32,485 nucleotides of DNA, taken from an uncultured Bacilli bacterium. GTDB taxonomy: Bacteria > Bacillota_I > Bacilli_A > RF39 > UBA660. The notes beneath the pieces were generated by a model, which saw only the letters and a program-made list of their open reading frames with translations, was not told the DNA's origin and searched no databases. Every line of letters starts with the position of its first letter. Position 1 is the stretch's first letter. The stretch lies in NCBI GenBank assembly GCA_947589165.1, contig CANQCH010000003.1, positions 1 to 32,485 on the forward strand, read 5' to 3'. Below, piece by piece: positions 18,072 to 27,168 of the stretch. Both the position numbers and the translations under genes were made by a program.

Positions 18072-20492
18072 CTATCCTATTGTTACATGTCCTTTACCAG
18101 CACCTAAAGCCGTTTGAATAAATGTTTGAGCTGCGGAATCCTTAACAATTATTTCAATATCATTAGGTGTTGCATTAAACATACCTTGATAATTATTAAC
18201 TTTTGTAAAAGTTGCATTATTAAAAATTAATTTTTTTAAAGCAGGCATATCATTAAACATATATTGCATTTGGGTAACATTTGCAGTTTGCCAGCTACCA
18301 AGATCTAAACTTTGTACTTTTTGACAGCTTGAAAATAAATATCCCATATTATCGGCACTATCTAATTTCCAACCGCTAAGATCAACATTAATTAAGCCAA
18401 TATTTCCACCAAACATACTATTTAAATTATTTAATTTTGGTGAATTCCAATTTTTAGCAATAATAGTTTCCATACTAGAGATTCCAGCAAAAGCGTATGA
18501 GCCTTGTGTAACATTAGGAATATTCCAATTACTTACATCGAGATATTTAATACTAGTAGTTTGTAAATTAGCAGAATAAAATAACATGTATATACTTGTT
18601 ATATCTGGCAAATTCCAATTTTGCAATATTACCGTTTCTAATTTTGGTAAAGTTTTAATGGTATTCACAATTGGACCTGGATCTTTAAGCGTCCAACCGC
18701 TTAAATTTATAGTTGATAAATTTGACATATTACTAAATATATTTGTCATAGATGTTATGTTCTGTGTATCCCAACCACTCAAATCTAATGATGTTAAATT
18801 ACTTGCATTCTGGAACATTTGTTCTATATTTGTTACTTTAGAAGTATTCCATTTACTTATATTTCCTATTGTTTTTAAGTTAGTAGTTCCATAAAACATC
18901 AATCCCATATTCGTTACATTATGTGTATCCCAATCACTTAAATCTAATGCTGTTAAAGTACTAGTACCTGAGAACATGGCATACATATTATCTACTTTAG
19001 ATGTATTCCATTCGCTTACATCTCCTATTGTTTCTAATTTTGTATTTCCATCAAACATATATGCCATAGTTGTTACATTATGTGTATCCCAAGAATGTAA
19101 ATCCAATTTTTTTAGATTATTAGTATAACGAAACATCATACTCATGCTAGTTACTTTAGAAGTATTCCATCTACTTACATCTCCTATTGTTTCTAGGTAA
19201 GTGTCTCCGTTAAACATAGACGCCATAGTAGTTACATTACCTGTATCCCAAGAACTCAAATCTAAAGATGTTAAAGCCTTGTTTTCTAGAAACATGGATG
19301 ACATATCAGTTACACTATGTGTATCCCAATTACTTATGTTTAATGATTTTATATTACTATTGTAATAAAACATGGACCCCATTTTCGTTACTTTACCGGT
19401 GCTTATGTCTTCGAGACCAATAATATTTTCTAGTTTCATTGGCTCAGATGAACTATTTGCAGCAAACATTCTATCCATATTAGTTAAGTTTTGCGTATTC
19501 AAACTACTTATGTCTAAAGTTGTAATATTTTTGGCCCCATGGAACATATATGCCATATTTTTTACTTCATGAGTATCAATGTTACTAAAATTTATTGTTT
19601 CAACATTTGTCATTTTATCAAAGGCATAACTCAAATCTTTAATTTGAATTTCATCATTTGAACCAATATATAAATTATATGGTACAGCATCATCACCGCT
19701 AGATTCTAACCAGCCAATAATTTGATTTTTTTGTCTTTCAGATAAATCCCAATGTTGAAATTGACTAATAGTGGCTTCATCTTTGATCTCATTAACAAAA
19801 TAAATATTTTTTATTTGATCTTTATATTCATCAGAACGATAAGTGGTAGCGATTAAGCTATGATCTAAATAATTATCTGCTTTTCGTTCATAGGCTTTTA
19901 AAGAAACTCCTAAGGTATAAGTTTGTTGCATAACTTCATTACTAGCATCTTTATCTATCCAAATATAAAGAGCATAATGGACCTCTTGACGATAAGGCAA
20001 CTTAATACTGTAAGCTTTATAAATATTTTTTACTTGACCAACACTAAGCTCTATTTCGTGATGTTCACTTTCAGTAAACTCATCTTCCGTAGTCGTTGTT
20101 AATTCTCCTATTTTTCCAGTGGCAACAATTTTTTGCTCATCTACATCTTTTAAAGCAAATTTAACATCATTATCACTAATTAGATTACTTTCTAAAGAAG
20201 ATAAATATAAATTAAAGCCAACATAAGTATCATCACATGTACTATTAACCGTAAATTCATAAGGTGTATTTTCTAAACCTAACTCATCACTCATCGGATA
20301 TGTATTTTTTATTGTAATGGATTTTTCATTATCTTTAAGTTGAATTTTAGCACAAGCCGCCACAGTAATATTAGTTTTATTTTCAGAATCCCTAACAGGT
20401 TTGACATAAGAATAAGTAATTGTTAATACTAAAGTTATAACAATAAGTAAGCCAATAATAGATAATAAAATAATTTGTTTTTTTCTTGTCAT
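18072..20492 (-). CDS. BspA/DUF285-type leucine-rich-repeat surface protein with N-terminal signal/anchor
   Basis: Many LDLSxWDTxNVTxMxxMF repeats; N-terminal hydrophobic helix ending TYSY. Start ATG 20492 after AAGGTGG. Confidence 0.9.
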   Translation of the reverse strand: MTRKKQIILLSIIGLLIVITLVLTITYSYVKPVRDSENKTNITVAACAKIQLKDNEKSITIKNTYPMSDELGLENTPYEFTVNSTCDDTYVGFNLYLSSLESNLISDNDVKFALKDVDEQKIVATGKIGELTTTTEDEFTESEHHEIELSVGQVKNIYKAYSIKLPYRQEVHYALYIWIDKDASNEVMQQTYTLGVSLKAYERKADNYLDHSLIATTYRSDEYKDQIKNIYFVNEIKDEATISQFQHWDLSERQKNQIIGWLESSGDDAVPYNLYIGSNDEIQIKDLSYAFDKMTNVETINFSNIDTHEVKNMAYMFHGAKNITTLDISSLNTQNLTNMDRMFAANSSSEPMKLENIIGLEDISTGKVTKMGSMFYYNSNIKSLNISNWDTHSVTDMSSMFLENKALTSLDLSSWDTGNVTTMASMFNGDTYLETIGDVSRWNTSKVTSMSMMFRYTNNLKKLDLHSWDTHNVTTMAYMFDGNTKLETIGDVSEWNTSKVDNMYAMFSGTSTLTALDLSDWDTHNVTNMGLMFYGTTNLKTIGNISKWNTSKVTNIEQMFQNASNLTSLDLSGWDTQNITSMTNIFSNMSNLSTINLSGWTLKDPGPIVNTIKTLPKLETVILQNWNLPDITSIYMLFYSANLQTTSIKYLDVSNWNIPNVTQGSYAFAGISSMETIIAKNWNSPKLNNLNSMFGGNIGLINVDLSGWKLDSADNMGYLFSSCQKVQSLDLGSWQTANVTQMQYMFNDMPALKKLIFNNATFTKVNNYQGMFNATPNDIEIIVKDSAAQTFIQTALGAGKGHVTIG
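18750..19330 (-). repeat. Intragenic tandem repeats, 159-bp (53-aa) period
   Basis: TGTATCCCA recurs at 18765, 18924, 19083, 19242 (159-bp steps) and 19320; boundaries approximate. Confidence 0.85.
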
Positions 20493-20595
20493 TTTATTTT
20501 CCACCTTATAATAAAATAATAGCATTTTTATTTTCAATTTTCAATTATTTATCAATAAATATCTCTTTTTAGCATATATTTTACGGGAGATAACT

Positions 20596-20934
20596 ATGTT
20601 TATAGTTTTAAATAATCAAAAAATACCAGTTAAAATTGCTTATTCATGGACTCAGAAAGTAAAAGGATTAATGTTCAGACCCAAAATTGATTTTGGTTTA
20701 CTAATTCCAAATTGTATTAGTATTCATACTTATTTTATGAAGGAAAATATCGATCTTATTTTTTTAGATGAAAATTGTGTAGTTGAATATATTTACCAAA
20801 ATATACCCCCCAAAAAAATTGTCATGGTCAATGAAGATATAAATAAAACTAGCGTTTTAGAATTACCGAAAAACGCTAGTTTAAATATGCGCATTGGTGA
20901 TGTTTTAACTTTTGAATTCGAAGATATAGTCTAA
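20596..20934 (+). CDS. DUF192 family protein
   Basis: KGLMFR, IHTYFM..IDLIFLD, VLELP motifs; GGGAG RBS; overlaps the obgE 3' end by 30 bp. Confidence 0.85.
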   Translation: MFIVLNNQKIPVKIAYSWTQKVKGLMFRPKIDFGLLIPNCISIHTYFMKENIDLIFLDENCVVEYIYQNIPPKKIVMVNEDINKTSVLELPKNASLNMRIGDVLTFEFEDIV

Positions 20935-22173
20935 AATTTGGACTTCATCACCCGGTTTAGCGCCTAATCTTTCTAATTCATCATCGAGCCCCATGCCCTT
21001 TAGTTTCCGCGAAAAACGTAAAACTGCTTCATCTTCTTCAAAACGGGTCATTTTAAATAGTTTTTCGATCTGTTCGCCTTCGACCACCCAAACGTTATCC
21101 TCTTTATGAATAGTAAAAGGGACATTATCTGCGAAAGTATATTTAACTTCTTCGGCCGTTAAATTATATAAATCTTCCGGCGGAATTTTATCTAATAAAT
21201 CCGCCAGCATAGTTAATAAAGCATCAATACCAGTATTATTAGCTACACTAATCGGCATGATAATTTTATCGGGATATTTAGCTTGAAATTGTTTCAAATT
21301 GTCGGATGCTTCCGGAAGATCCATTTTATTAGCCACAATTACTTCTTGTTTAGAAGCTAATTTTTCATCATACTTACTTATTTCCTCGCGAATAATTTCA
21401 TAATCTTCCCAAGGTTTTCGGCCTTCTATTGCTCCCATATCAATAACATGTGCTAAAATTTTTGTCCGTTCGGCATGCTTTAAGAAGGTTGTTCCTAAAC
21501 CGACACCTTCACTAGCACCCGCGATTAACCCCGGTAAATCCGCCATAACAAAGGCCCGATAATCTCTTAAACGTACCATGCCTAAATTAGGACTAAGAGT
21601 CGTAAAATGATAAGCCGCAATCTTAGGCTTAGACGCCGAAATTAAAGCCAACAGACTACTTTTACCCACACTAGGCATCCCAATAAGACCGACATCAGCT
21701 AAAATTTTTAATTCTACTTTTAAATTTTTAGTTTCTCCCGGCTCCCCTTTTTCACTAAATTTTGGGGCCGGATTATCATGGGTTGCAAAAGCTTTATTAC
21801 CACGACCACCGCGACCGCCATGAGCGACAATAAATTCTTCGCCATTTTTAATTAAATCAGCCAAAACTTTATTGCTATCTAAATCACTAATGGTCGTTCC
21901 CACGGGTACCTTAATAATAATATCACTAGCATTAGCGCCATATTTATTGGCGCCTTTACCATTAATACCTTTATCCCCTTTAATAATTTTTTTATAACTT
22001 AAATCGACTAAAGTTTTTAAACTTTCATCAACTTGAAAAACAATGTTAGCACCACGGCCTCCATTACCACCATCAGGTCCACCCATGGGCACATATTTTT
22101 CCCGGCGAAACGAAGTACAGCCATCGCCACCATTGCCGGCTTCCACTCTAATTTTTATTTCATCAACAAACAT
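20905..22173 (-). CDS. obgE: GTPase ObgE/CgtA
   Basis: MFVD..GNGGDG, FRREKYVP.GGPDGG, GMPSVGKS, YHFTT, DLPG, NKMD. Start ATG 22173. Confidence 0.97.
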   Translation of the reverse strand: MFVDEIKIRVEAGNGGDGCTSFRREKYVPMGGPDGGNGGRGANIVFQVDESLKTLVDLSYKKIIKGDKGINGKGANKYGANASDIIIKVPVGTTISDLDSNKVLADLIKNGEEFIVAHGGRGGRGNKAFATHDNPAPKFSEKGEPGETKNLKVELKILADVGLIGMPSVGKSSLLALISASKPKIAAYHFTTLSPNLGMVRLRDYRAFVMADLPGLIAGASEGVGLGTTFLKHAERTKILAHVIDMGAIEGRKPWEDYEIIREEISKYDEKLASKQEVIVANKMDLPEASDNLKQFQAKYPDKIIMPISVANNTGIDALLTMLADLLDKIPPEDLYNLTAEEVKYTFADNVPFTIHKEDNVWVVEGEQIEKLFKMTRFEEDEAVLRFSRKLKGMGLDDELERLGAKPGDEVQILDYIFEFKS

Positions 22174-22199
22174 TTTTATCACCCTTTTTGGTTATTTTC

Positions 22200-22228
22200 A
22201 TTATATTAAAACTTTAGTTAAAGTGCAA
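22200..22228 (-). promoter_or_regulatory. sigmaA promoter of obgE
   Basis: TTGCAC-17 bp-TATAAT. Confidence 0.6.
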
Positions 22229-22237
22229 ATCTATATC

Positions 22238-22906
22238 TTATTTTTTCCGCCGGCGATATAAATACTCTTCAATATGGATTTGTGGTGTTTCTTCGTAATT
22301 TTGTAACTCTTGATATAATAACATAAACGGAATATAAAAATATTGATAGGCCGAACCATTAGTCCGAATTCGGACCGTTGCTGGTTGCTGACGGATTCCT
22401 TTAACCAGTTTTACTTTAAACTCTATAGAAATCGCATCATTCATTTTCTTAATTGTGATGTAAGCAGGAGGAAAAAGAAAATATAACGCATCATTTTCAT
22501 CCGTAATAGCATCATCGCTTAACCAGGTAATTACTCCATCCTGTACCAATGCGTGATAAACATCCGATGTTAAAAAAGCTTGTTGCTGAGTTTCATGATG
22601 CTTCTTCGCTTCTTTATAAGCGGCATACGTCGTAAAATCCGTTAGGGGATCTTCAGCAAAAAGTTGTGCTTTAGTTATTCTTTCATAAAATAAAGCAAAT
22701 TCTTCATAAAGCGAATAATTTTCTTTCGTAATTAAAAATTCATAATAACCATATTCATCATCTATACGGTCATACTTGGTCCCTCGCATTGACCAATATA
22801 TATCTAAATTTCCTTCATATGACATTCTAAATAACTTTTTTTCATCTTGAAAAATAAGATCATAAGTAAAAGATATATTATTTTTTCTTTTTATAACTTT
22901 AAGCAT
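22238..22906 (-). CDS. Hypothetical protein
   Basis: 222-aa ORF with AAGGAG RBS and TGGTATAAT extended -10; no family recognised with confidence. Confidence 0.8.
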   Translation of the reverse strand: MLKVIKRKNNISFTYDLIFQDEKKLFRMSYEGNLDIYWSMRGTKYDRIDDEYGYYEFLITKENYSLYEEFALFYERITKAQLFAEDPLTDFTTYAAYKEAKKHHETQQQAFLTSDVYHALVQDGVITWLSDDAITDENDALYFLFPPAYITIKKMNDAISIEFKVKLVKGIRQQPATVRIRTNGSAYQYFYIPFMLLYQELQNYEETPQIHIEEYLYRRRKK

Positions 22907-22952
22907 AACTTTCTCCTTTAAGTATTATACCATACTCTACTTTTTCTTTAAC

Positions 22953-22980
22953 AAAAAAAATCAACCTCAATTGGTTGATT
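22953..22980 (-). terminator. Terminator after rpmA
   Basis: Minus strand AATCAACC-loop-GGTTGATT plus T tract. Confidence 0.75.
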
Positions 22981-23272
22981 AATTAGCTTCGTAAACACTA
23001 ACTTTTTTCCGGGTTTTGCCACTTCTTTCATACTTTACAATTCCATTAACTAAGCTAAATAAAGTATGATCTTTTCCCATACCTACATTTTTACCAGGAA
23101 AAATTTTTGTGCCTCTTTGGCGATAAATAATAGCTCCGGCTTTGGCTTTTTCACCATCAGCAAGTTTTGCACCTAATCTGCGACCAGCGGAATCCCGACC
23201 GTTATCCGTAGATGATTGACCTTTTTTATGGGCAAAACGTTGGATATTTAAATTTATATATAACTTAAACAT
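22979..23272 (-). CDS. rpmA: 50S ribosomal protein L27 with Prp-cleaved N-terminal extension
   Basis: [29 protein letters not shown]. Confidence 0.97.
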   Translation of the reverse strand: MFKLYINLNIQRFAHKKGQSSTDNGRDSAGRRLGAKLADGEKAKAGAIIYRQRGTKIFPGKNVGMGKDHTLFSLVNGIVKYERSGKTRKKVSVYEAN

Positions 23273-23574
23273 TACTTTTCCTCCTTTTTGATTATTTTGA
23301 TATTTTCGGGATATTGAATAGCTAAATCTTCCAATAAACCGACCATATTATCAAGTAAAATTGTTACGACCGTGCTCGGATGACCAATAGTTATTTTAAG
23401 TAATTTGGGACTATCTGTAAATTTGATAGCACTTTTATCAAGATTAAATATACCATTAACGGTGGTATAAATAATACTTGAGACACTAGCACAGACAATG
23501 TCTTTGCCACCATCAGCATACCCGGCATGACCTTTAACCGTTATTTCTTTTTTTTTAATTTCAATTGTAATCAT
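23272..23574 (-). CDS. prp: Ribosomal-processing cysteine protease Prp (YsxB)
   Basis: GHA...DIVCASVS catalytic motif, QYP; lies between rplU and rpmA. Confidence 0.93.
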   Translation of the reverse strand: MITIEIKKKEITVKGHAGYADGGKDIVCASVSSIIYTTVNGIFNLDKSAIKFTDSPKLLKITIGHPSTVVTILLDNMVGLLEDLAIQYPENIKIIKKEEK

Positions 23575-23576
23575 TA

Positions 23577-23876
23577 TTAACCATTAATTTTTTTCACAAC
23601 TAAGCAAGTATATGGTTGCCGATGACCTTGGGTTTTCCGATATTTCTTTTTGGGACGATATTTAAATACTTTAATTTTTTTGCTTTTCCCATGTTTTTCT
23701 ACCGTACAAACAACACTAGCTCCCGCCACATAAGGATTACCAGACTTACCATCAACAAATAAAACTTTATCAAAAGTAATATCTTTACCTACTTCAGCAT
23801 CTAAAAGTTCAACATAGATTTTATCATTTTCAGATACGTAATATTGTTTGCCACCTGTTTCAAATATAGCTTTCAT
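23577..23876 (-). CDS. rplU: 50S ribosomal protein L21
   Basis: [17 protein letters not shown]. Confidence 0.97.
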   Translation of the reverse strand: MKAIFETGGKQYYVSENDKIYVELLDAEVGKDITFDKVLFVDGKSGNPYVAGASVVCTVEKHGKSKKIKVFKYRPKKKYRKTQGHRQPYTCLVVKKING

Positions 23877-23889
23877 TTCATACCTCCTA

Positions 23890-23965
23890 ACATAAGACGC
23901 GCCGTTAAGGTAACTACCCTAGTTTTTCTAACCTTTTTCGAGCGGTTTTTTTCGAAATTACTTAA
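23890..23965 (-). ncRNA. L21 leader cis-regulatory RNA (approximate bounds)
   Basis: 5' UTR of rplU with ACCGC...AAGGT...ACCTT..GGCGCGTC resembling the L21 leader pattern; lies between promoter and AGGAGG RBS. Confidence 0.7.
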
Positions 23966-23974
23966 AACGTTTTA

Positions 23975-24003
23975 AGTTTATCAAAAATATGGGCAATTGT
24001 CAA
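23975..24003 (-). promoter_or_regulatory. sigmaA promoter of rplU-prp-rpmA
   Basis: TTGACA-17 bp-TAAACT with TG extension. Confidence 0.7.
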
Positions 24004-24049
24004 TTATTTGTGCCTACTTCTTTACCATTTTATTGGTAATTTACGTAAT

Positions 24050-24799
24050 TTATCCCTGATATTGATGAAACTTTTCTTTTAATTTAATCTTTTCACTAAT
24101 AATTTTATCATCTTCGCGAAAATATTGATACGTATCTTTTTTTAAAATCGTTAAATTACCCTTTTGCGTACTTATTTTGGTAAAAGGAAAGTTTTTTAAA
24201 AATCGTTCTAATAAAAACCGATTAAAAATAAATTTTTCATCTTTAATGGCTAAAAAAGTTTTATAAATTAAAAACGTACTAATTAAAAATGTATTTAACG
24301 ACCGATTGACACCGTAAACTAAAAAAAGAATAAGACCAACAAGGGAAATAATTATTTGGCCACGATAAGCTTTTTGAAAGGATAAAAATTTATTTAAGAG
24401 GCAATTTACTATTAAGCTTCCATCTAACGGAATTATTGGTAATAAATTAAATAACATAATACTGGTATTGTATAAAAAAATTAAATTTTTGGTATGTAAG
24501 GAAAAAAAAGGTAAAAATAAACTCAAATAAAGCCCTAGTTGCATCATTACACCCCCACTTGCCATTAATAATTCTTTACCAAGCGGCGTGTTTAGATCTT
24601 TATTAACGATGGTTATTCCACCAAAAGGATAAAGATGAATAGCTAAAATGGGATAGCCAAAAAGAAGGCTAAAAAAAACATGCCCCGCTTCATGAATTAA
24701 AACAATTAAAAAAATAATGAGGGCATTTTTAATTAAACCACAGCCAAAAGCCACCAATAAAAATAAAATGGTAAAAGGATTAACTTTGATAATCTTCAT
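24050..24799 (-). CDS. spoIVFB: M50 site-2 intramembrane metalloprotease, SpoIVFB-like
   Basis: HEAGH zinc motif, LYPFGG, FNLLPIIPLDG; position between spoIVFA-like gene and rplU as in Bacillus. Confidence 0.82.
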   Translation of the reverse strand: MKIIKVNPFTILFLLVAFGCGLIKNALIIFLIVLIHEAGHVFFSLLFGYPILAIHLYPFGGITIVNKDLNTPLGKELLMASGGVMMQLGLYLSLFLPFFSLHTKNLIFLYNTSIMLFNLLPIIPLDGSLIVNCLLNKFLSFQKAYRGQIIISLVGLILFLVYGVNRSLNTFLISTFLIYKTFLAIKDEKFIFNRFLLERFLKNFPFTKISTQKGNLTILKKDTYQYFREDDKIISEKIKLKEKFHQYQG

Positions 24800-25394
24800 A
24801 TTTAAGATAATTATTATCTTTATTAATTACTAAGTATAAAATATCATCTTTGGTTTCCCCAATCGTCGTATCTTTTTCTAAATAATCATAAAGCTTGACA
24901 TTTACGTTTGCTAAATTACCATACCAAATATCTACTCCATCATTACCTTGAATAATCACGGTATTACCATAACCTTCTTTTTCGCCATTAAAAACAACTA
25001 TTCCCCCGTTTAAAGTCTTGACTAAAGAATTTAAATTAACCGTTAGTTTTTCCCCATCTAGATAATCTTCAATTTTTTTATAGACTAATTCACCACTAAA
25101 AACGGTGGCTTCTTTCGGCGTCGCCGGAATTGCTTCCCCAAAGTATTTTTCATAGGCTTGTTTTATTTTCGTAAAAGGTAAAGATTCACTAAAAACATAC
25201 TCTTTATAAAGTAAGACATTTTTTTCATTCGTTTTTATATAAATAAGGCTGCCTAAAAAGAAAATAACACTTATTAAAAATTTGGTTAGAAATAAACTTA
25301 TCTTGGCGCGATGAACATTACTTTTTAATTTTACTTTTAAACCATAACGATGTTTATTTTTAAAATCCGCTAAATAAGTATTAATTTCATTCAT
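24780..25394 (-). CDS. spoIVFA: SpoIVFA-like protein (TM plus degenerate M23/LytM domain)
   Basis: GYGNTVIIQ...WYGNL.NVNVKLYDY lacking the catalytic HxH; directly upstream of the M50 gene. Start 25394 or 25403. Confidence 0.78.
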   Translation of the reverse strand: MNEINTYLADFKNKHRYGLKVKLKSNVHRAKISLFLTKFLISVIFFLGSLIYIKTNEKNVLLYKEYVFSESLPFTKIKQAYEKYFGEAIPATPKEATVFSGELVYKKIEDYLDGEKLTVNLNSLVKTLNGGIVVFNGEKEGYGNTVIIQGNDGVDIWYGNLANVNVKLYDYLEKDTTIGETKDDILYLVINKDNNYLKYEDYQS

Positions 25395-25399
25395 TATCT

Positions 25400-25786
25400 T
25401 CACCCAATTAAGTTTATGCGAACGTGTCCCATTTTATAACTAAGGAAAATAAAAATACATTGTAAAAGAAACGCTTCAATTAAGACGGGATACGTAAAAT
25501 AACCAAAGAGTAAATGACTAAAAATAAAGTAAGTGAAAAAGATACTAAGCTGAAATAAACCATAATATAAAAAATTATTTAAATTAAGCCGGAAAACATA
25601 CCTTTGCATTAAATAAACACCTAAGAAAAAGAATAAATGAAAACCATAGGTTGCTAAGAAAAAATCTAAAATAAGTCCCACCAGAACTAAATAAAGCCAA
25701 TTTTTTTGTCCTAGATTTAATAAAACCAAATAACTATGATAAGGACTTAAATTATAAATTAAAATATCTCCTAATAAATAAATCAT
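25400..25786 (-). CDS. mreD: Rod shape-determining protein MreD-like membrane protein (short)
   Basis: Hydrophobic 128 aa with GLILD motif, coupled to mreC by ATGA overlap. Confidence 0.62.
   Translation of the reverse strand: MIYLLGDILIYNLSPYHSYLVLLNLGQKNWLYLVLVGLILDFFLATYGFHLFFFLGVYLMQRYVFRLNLNNFLYYGLFQLSIFFTYFIFSHLLFGYFTYPVLIEAFLLQCIFIFLSYKMGHVRINLIG
25411..25439 (-). promoter_or_regulatory. sigmaE-type sporulation promoter for spoIVF, embedded in the mreD 3' end
   Basis: TTATAAA-14 bp-CATAAACT, close to the B. subtilis sigmaE consensus (..ATA..-14-CATACAnT). Confidence 0.6.
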
Positions 25787-26439
25787 TTGCCACCTACAAC
25801 ATAAACATAATTAAGATGGGTAAAATCAACGGCCCATTTAACTGTGATAATTTTTTCAATTTCTAAGGAATCATTCGTAATCGCCGCAACTTCGCCAATC
25901 AAAATACTCCCGGGTAAATTACCTAATCCTGATGTGTATATCTTATCCCCAACTTGCACCTTATCATAATTGGTCATATTACTTACAACCATTTCGCCAT
26001 CTTTCATTTTAAGTATGCCAAAAGCATCATTTATTTTAACGGAAGCATTACTTTCTTTATTAGTTAAAAGGCGCACTATGGCCGTATTTTTATTTACCTT
26101 CTTAATCATCCCAATTAAACCTTCAGTATTTAAAACGGCGTCACCTGCTTTTAAACCTTGCTCTTTTCCTTTAAAAATAGTCATTTCTTGTTTAAAATCA
26201 TAAATGTTGCGATATTTAACCTTGGAAATGGTCGCCTCATAATTAAGGGCATCAGCACCCGCGATTATATTTTTTAAAGCTTCATTATCGGTTTTTAATT
26301 CTGTAACTAAAGCCGTATTAATAATACTAGCTTGTAAAAGTTCATCTTTATTTATCATAATCATATTTAAAAAATCCCGAAATAAAAACAAAAGCAAGAC
26401 CAACAATATTAATAAATAAGTTAATTTATCTTTTTTCAT
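25783..26439 (-). CDS. mreC: Rod shape-determining protein MreC
   Basis: TM + coiled coil, KG...GL..GDAV...GLIG, VGDKIYTSGLG..P..ILIG.V. Confidence 0.9.
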   Translation of the reverse strand: MKKDKLTYLLILLVLLLFLFRDFLNMIMINKDELLQASIINTALVTELKTDNEALKNIIAGADALNYEATISKVKYRNIYDFKQEMTIFKGKEQGLKAGDAVLNTEGLIGMIKKVNKNTAIVRLLTNKESNASVKINDAFGILKMKDGEMVVSNMTNYDKVQVGDKIYTSGLGNLPGSILIGEVAAITNDSLEIEKIITVKWAVDFTHLNYVYVVGGK

Positions 26440-26459
26440 ACCTTTAGTATGGTTAAAAT

Positions 26460-26903
26460 TTATTTAGAATATGTAACAAAGGTTTTTAGCATTTCTTCGC
26501 ATAATTCATTGATGGCCGCATTAGCATCCGTTTTCGCTAACAATTGATCGGCTTTTGTTAGTTTATCTGCCATATCGGTAGTTAAAGGTAGTTCTTTAAT
26601 ATAAAAATTAATTTTTTGCTTTTGATAATAGTTATATAATTTTTCTTTATTAGCTTTTGATGGGGTTACACAGGTTAAAACGCGGTAATATTCATCAATA
26701 TTAATAATGGCTTCACTCGCAAAATTTTGAGCATAATTTAGCGCATTAGCTTCCGAGGCAAAAACACCAACTTGAAATAAATAAAGTTTTTCGGCATCAT
26801 TAGTGATATCATTAACTTCCGCCTTAATATCCCGATAAAATAAAAAAGCAAAGATTGTTCCTAATAAAATAGCCCCGATAATTAATTTTCCATAAGTTTT
26901 CAT
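26460..26903 (-). CDS. Membrane-anchored SPOR-like protein (SpoIIB-like by position)
   Basis: N-terminal TM, YLFQVGVFASEANA SPOR-type motif; upstream of mreC. Confidence 0.6.
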   Translation of the reverse strand: MKTYGKLIIGAILLGTIFAFLFYRDIKAEVNDITNDAEKLYLFQVGVFASEANALNYAQNFASEAIINIDEYYRVLTCVTPSKANKEKLYNYYQKQKINFYIKELPLTTDMADKLTKADQLLAKTDANAAINELCEEMLKTFVTYSK

Positions 26904-26949
26904 CTTCTCACCATTTTAGTTATAACATAAACTTTTAAAAAAAATTGTC

Positions 26950-26985
26950 AAAAAAAAGATTGATAATTTACTTATCCATCTTTTT
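26950..26985 (-). terminator. Terminator overlapping the end of the 53-aa ORF
   Basis: AAAAAGAT.GATAA-loop-TTATC.ATCTTTTT inverted repeat. Confidence 0.55.
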
Positions 26986-27129
26986 AACCATTTTGCTAGC
27001 TTCATTAGCCGCATTATTTAACATTTTATCGATTTTTTGCTTTTTACTTTTATCAAGCATCATGTAACCAAGCGTACCCATCGCTCCCATTAAAGCGACG
27101 CCCATCATGGCTCCCATCATTTTTTTCAT
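26968..27129 (-). CDS. Small 53-aa Met/Lys-rich membrane protein (YrzQ-like), absent from the ORF track
   Basis: MKKMMGAMMGVALMGAMGTLGYMMLDKSKKQKIDKMLNNAANEASKMVKKMDK*; GAGGTGG RBS; fills the gap after recD2; followed by a terminator. Confidence 0.8.
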   Translation of the reverse strand: MKKMMGAMMGVALMGAMGTLGYMMLDKSKKQKIDKMLNNAANEASKMVKKMDK

Positions 27130-27168
27130 TATCCACCTCTAACTTTAGTATAACCGCCTTAAATTTTT

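Noticed and set aside
22979-23574. L27 N-terminal extension plus Prp protease as a novelty
   Set aside because: Established Firmicutes system; only the extension is slightly longer.
26440-26475. sigmaE-like or leaderless promoter for mreC (CATACT 6 nt before ATG)
   Set aside because: Spacing to the candidate -35 is 16 bp rather than 14; read-through from the upstream gene is simpler.
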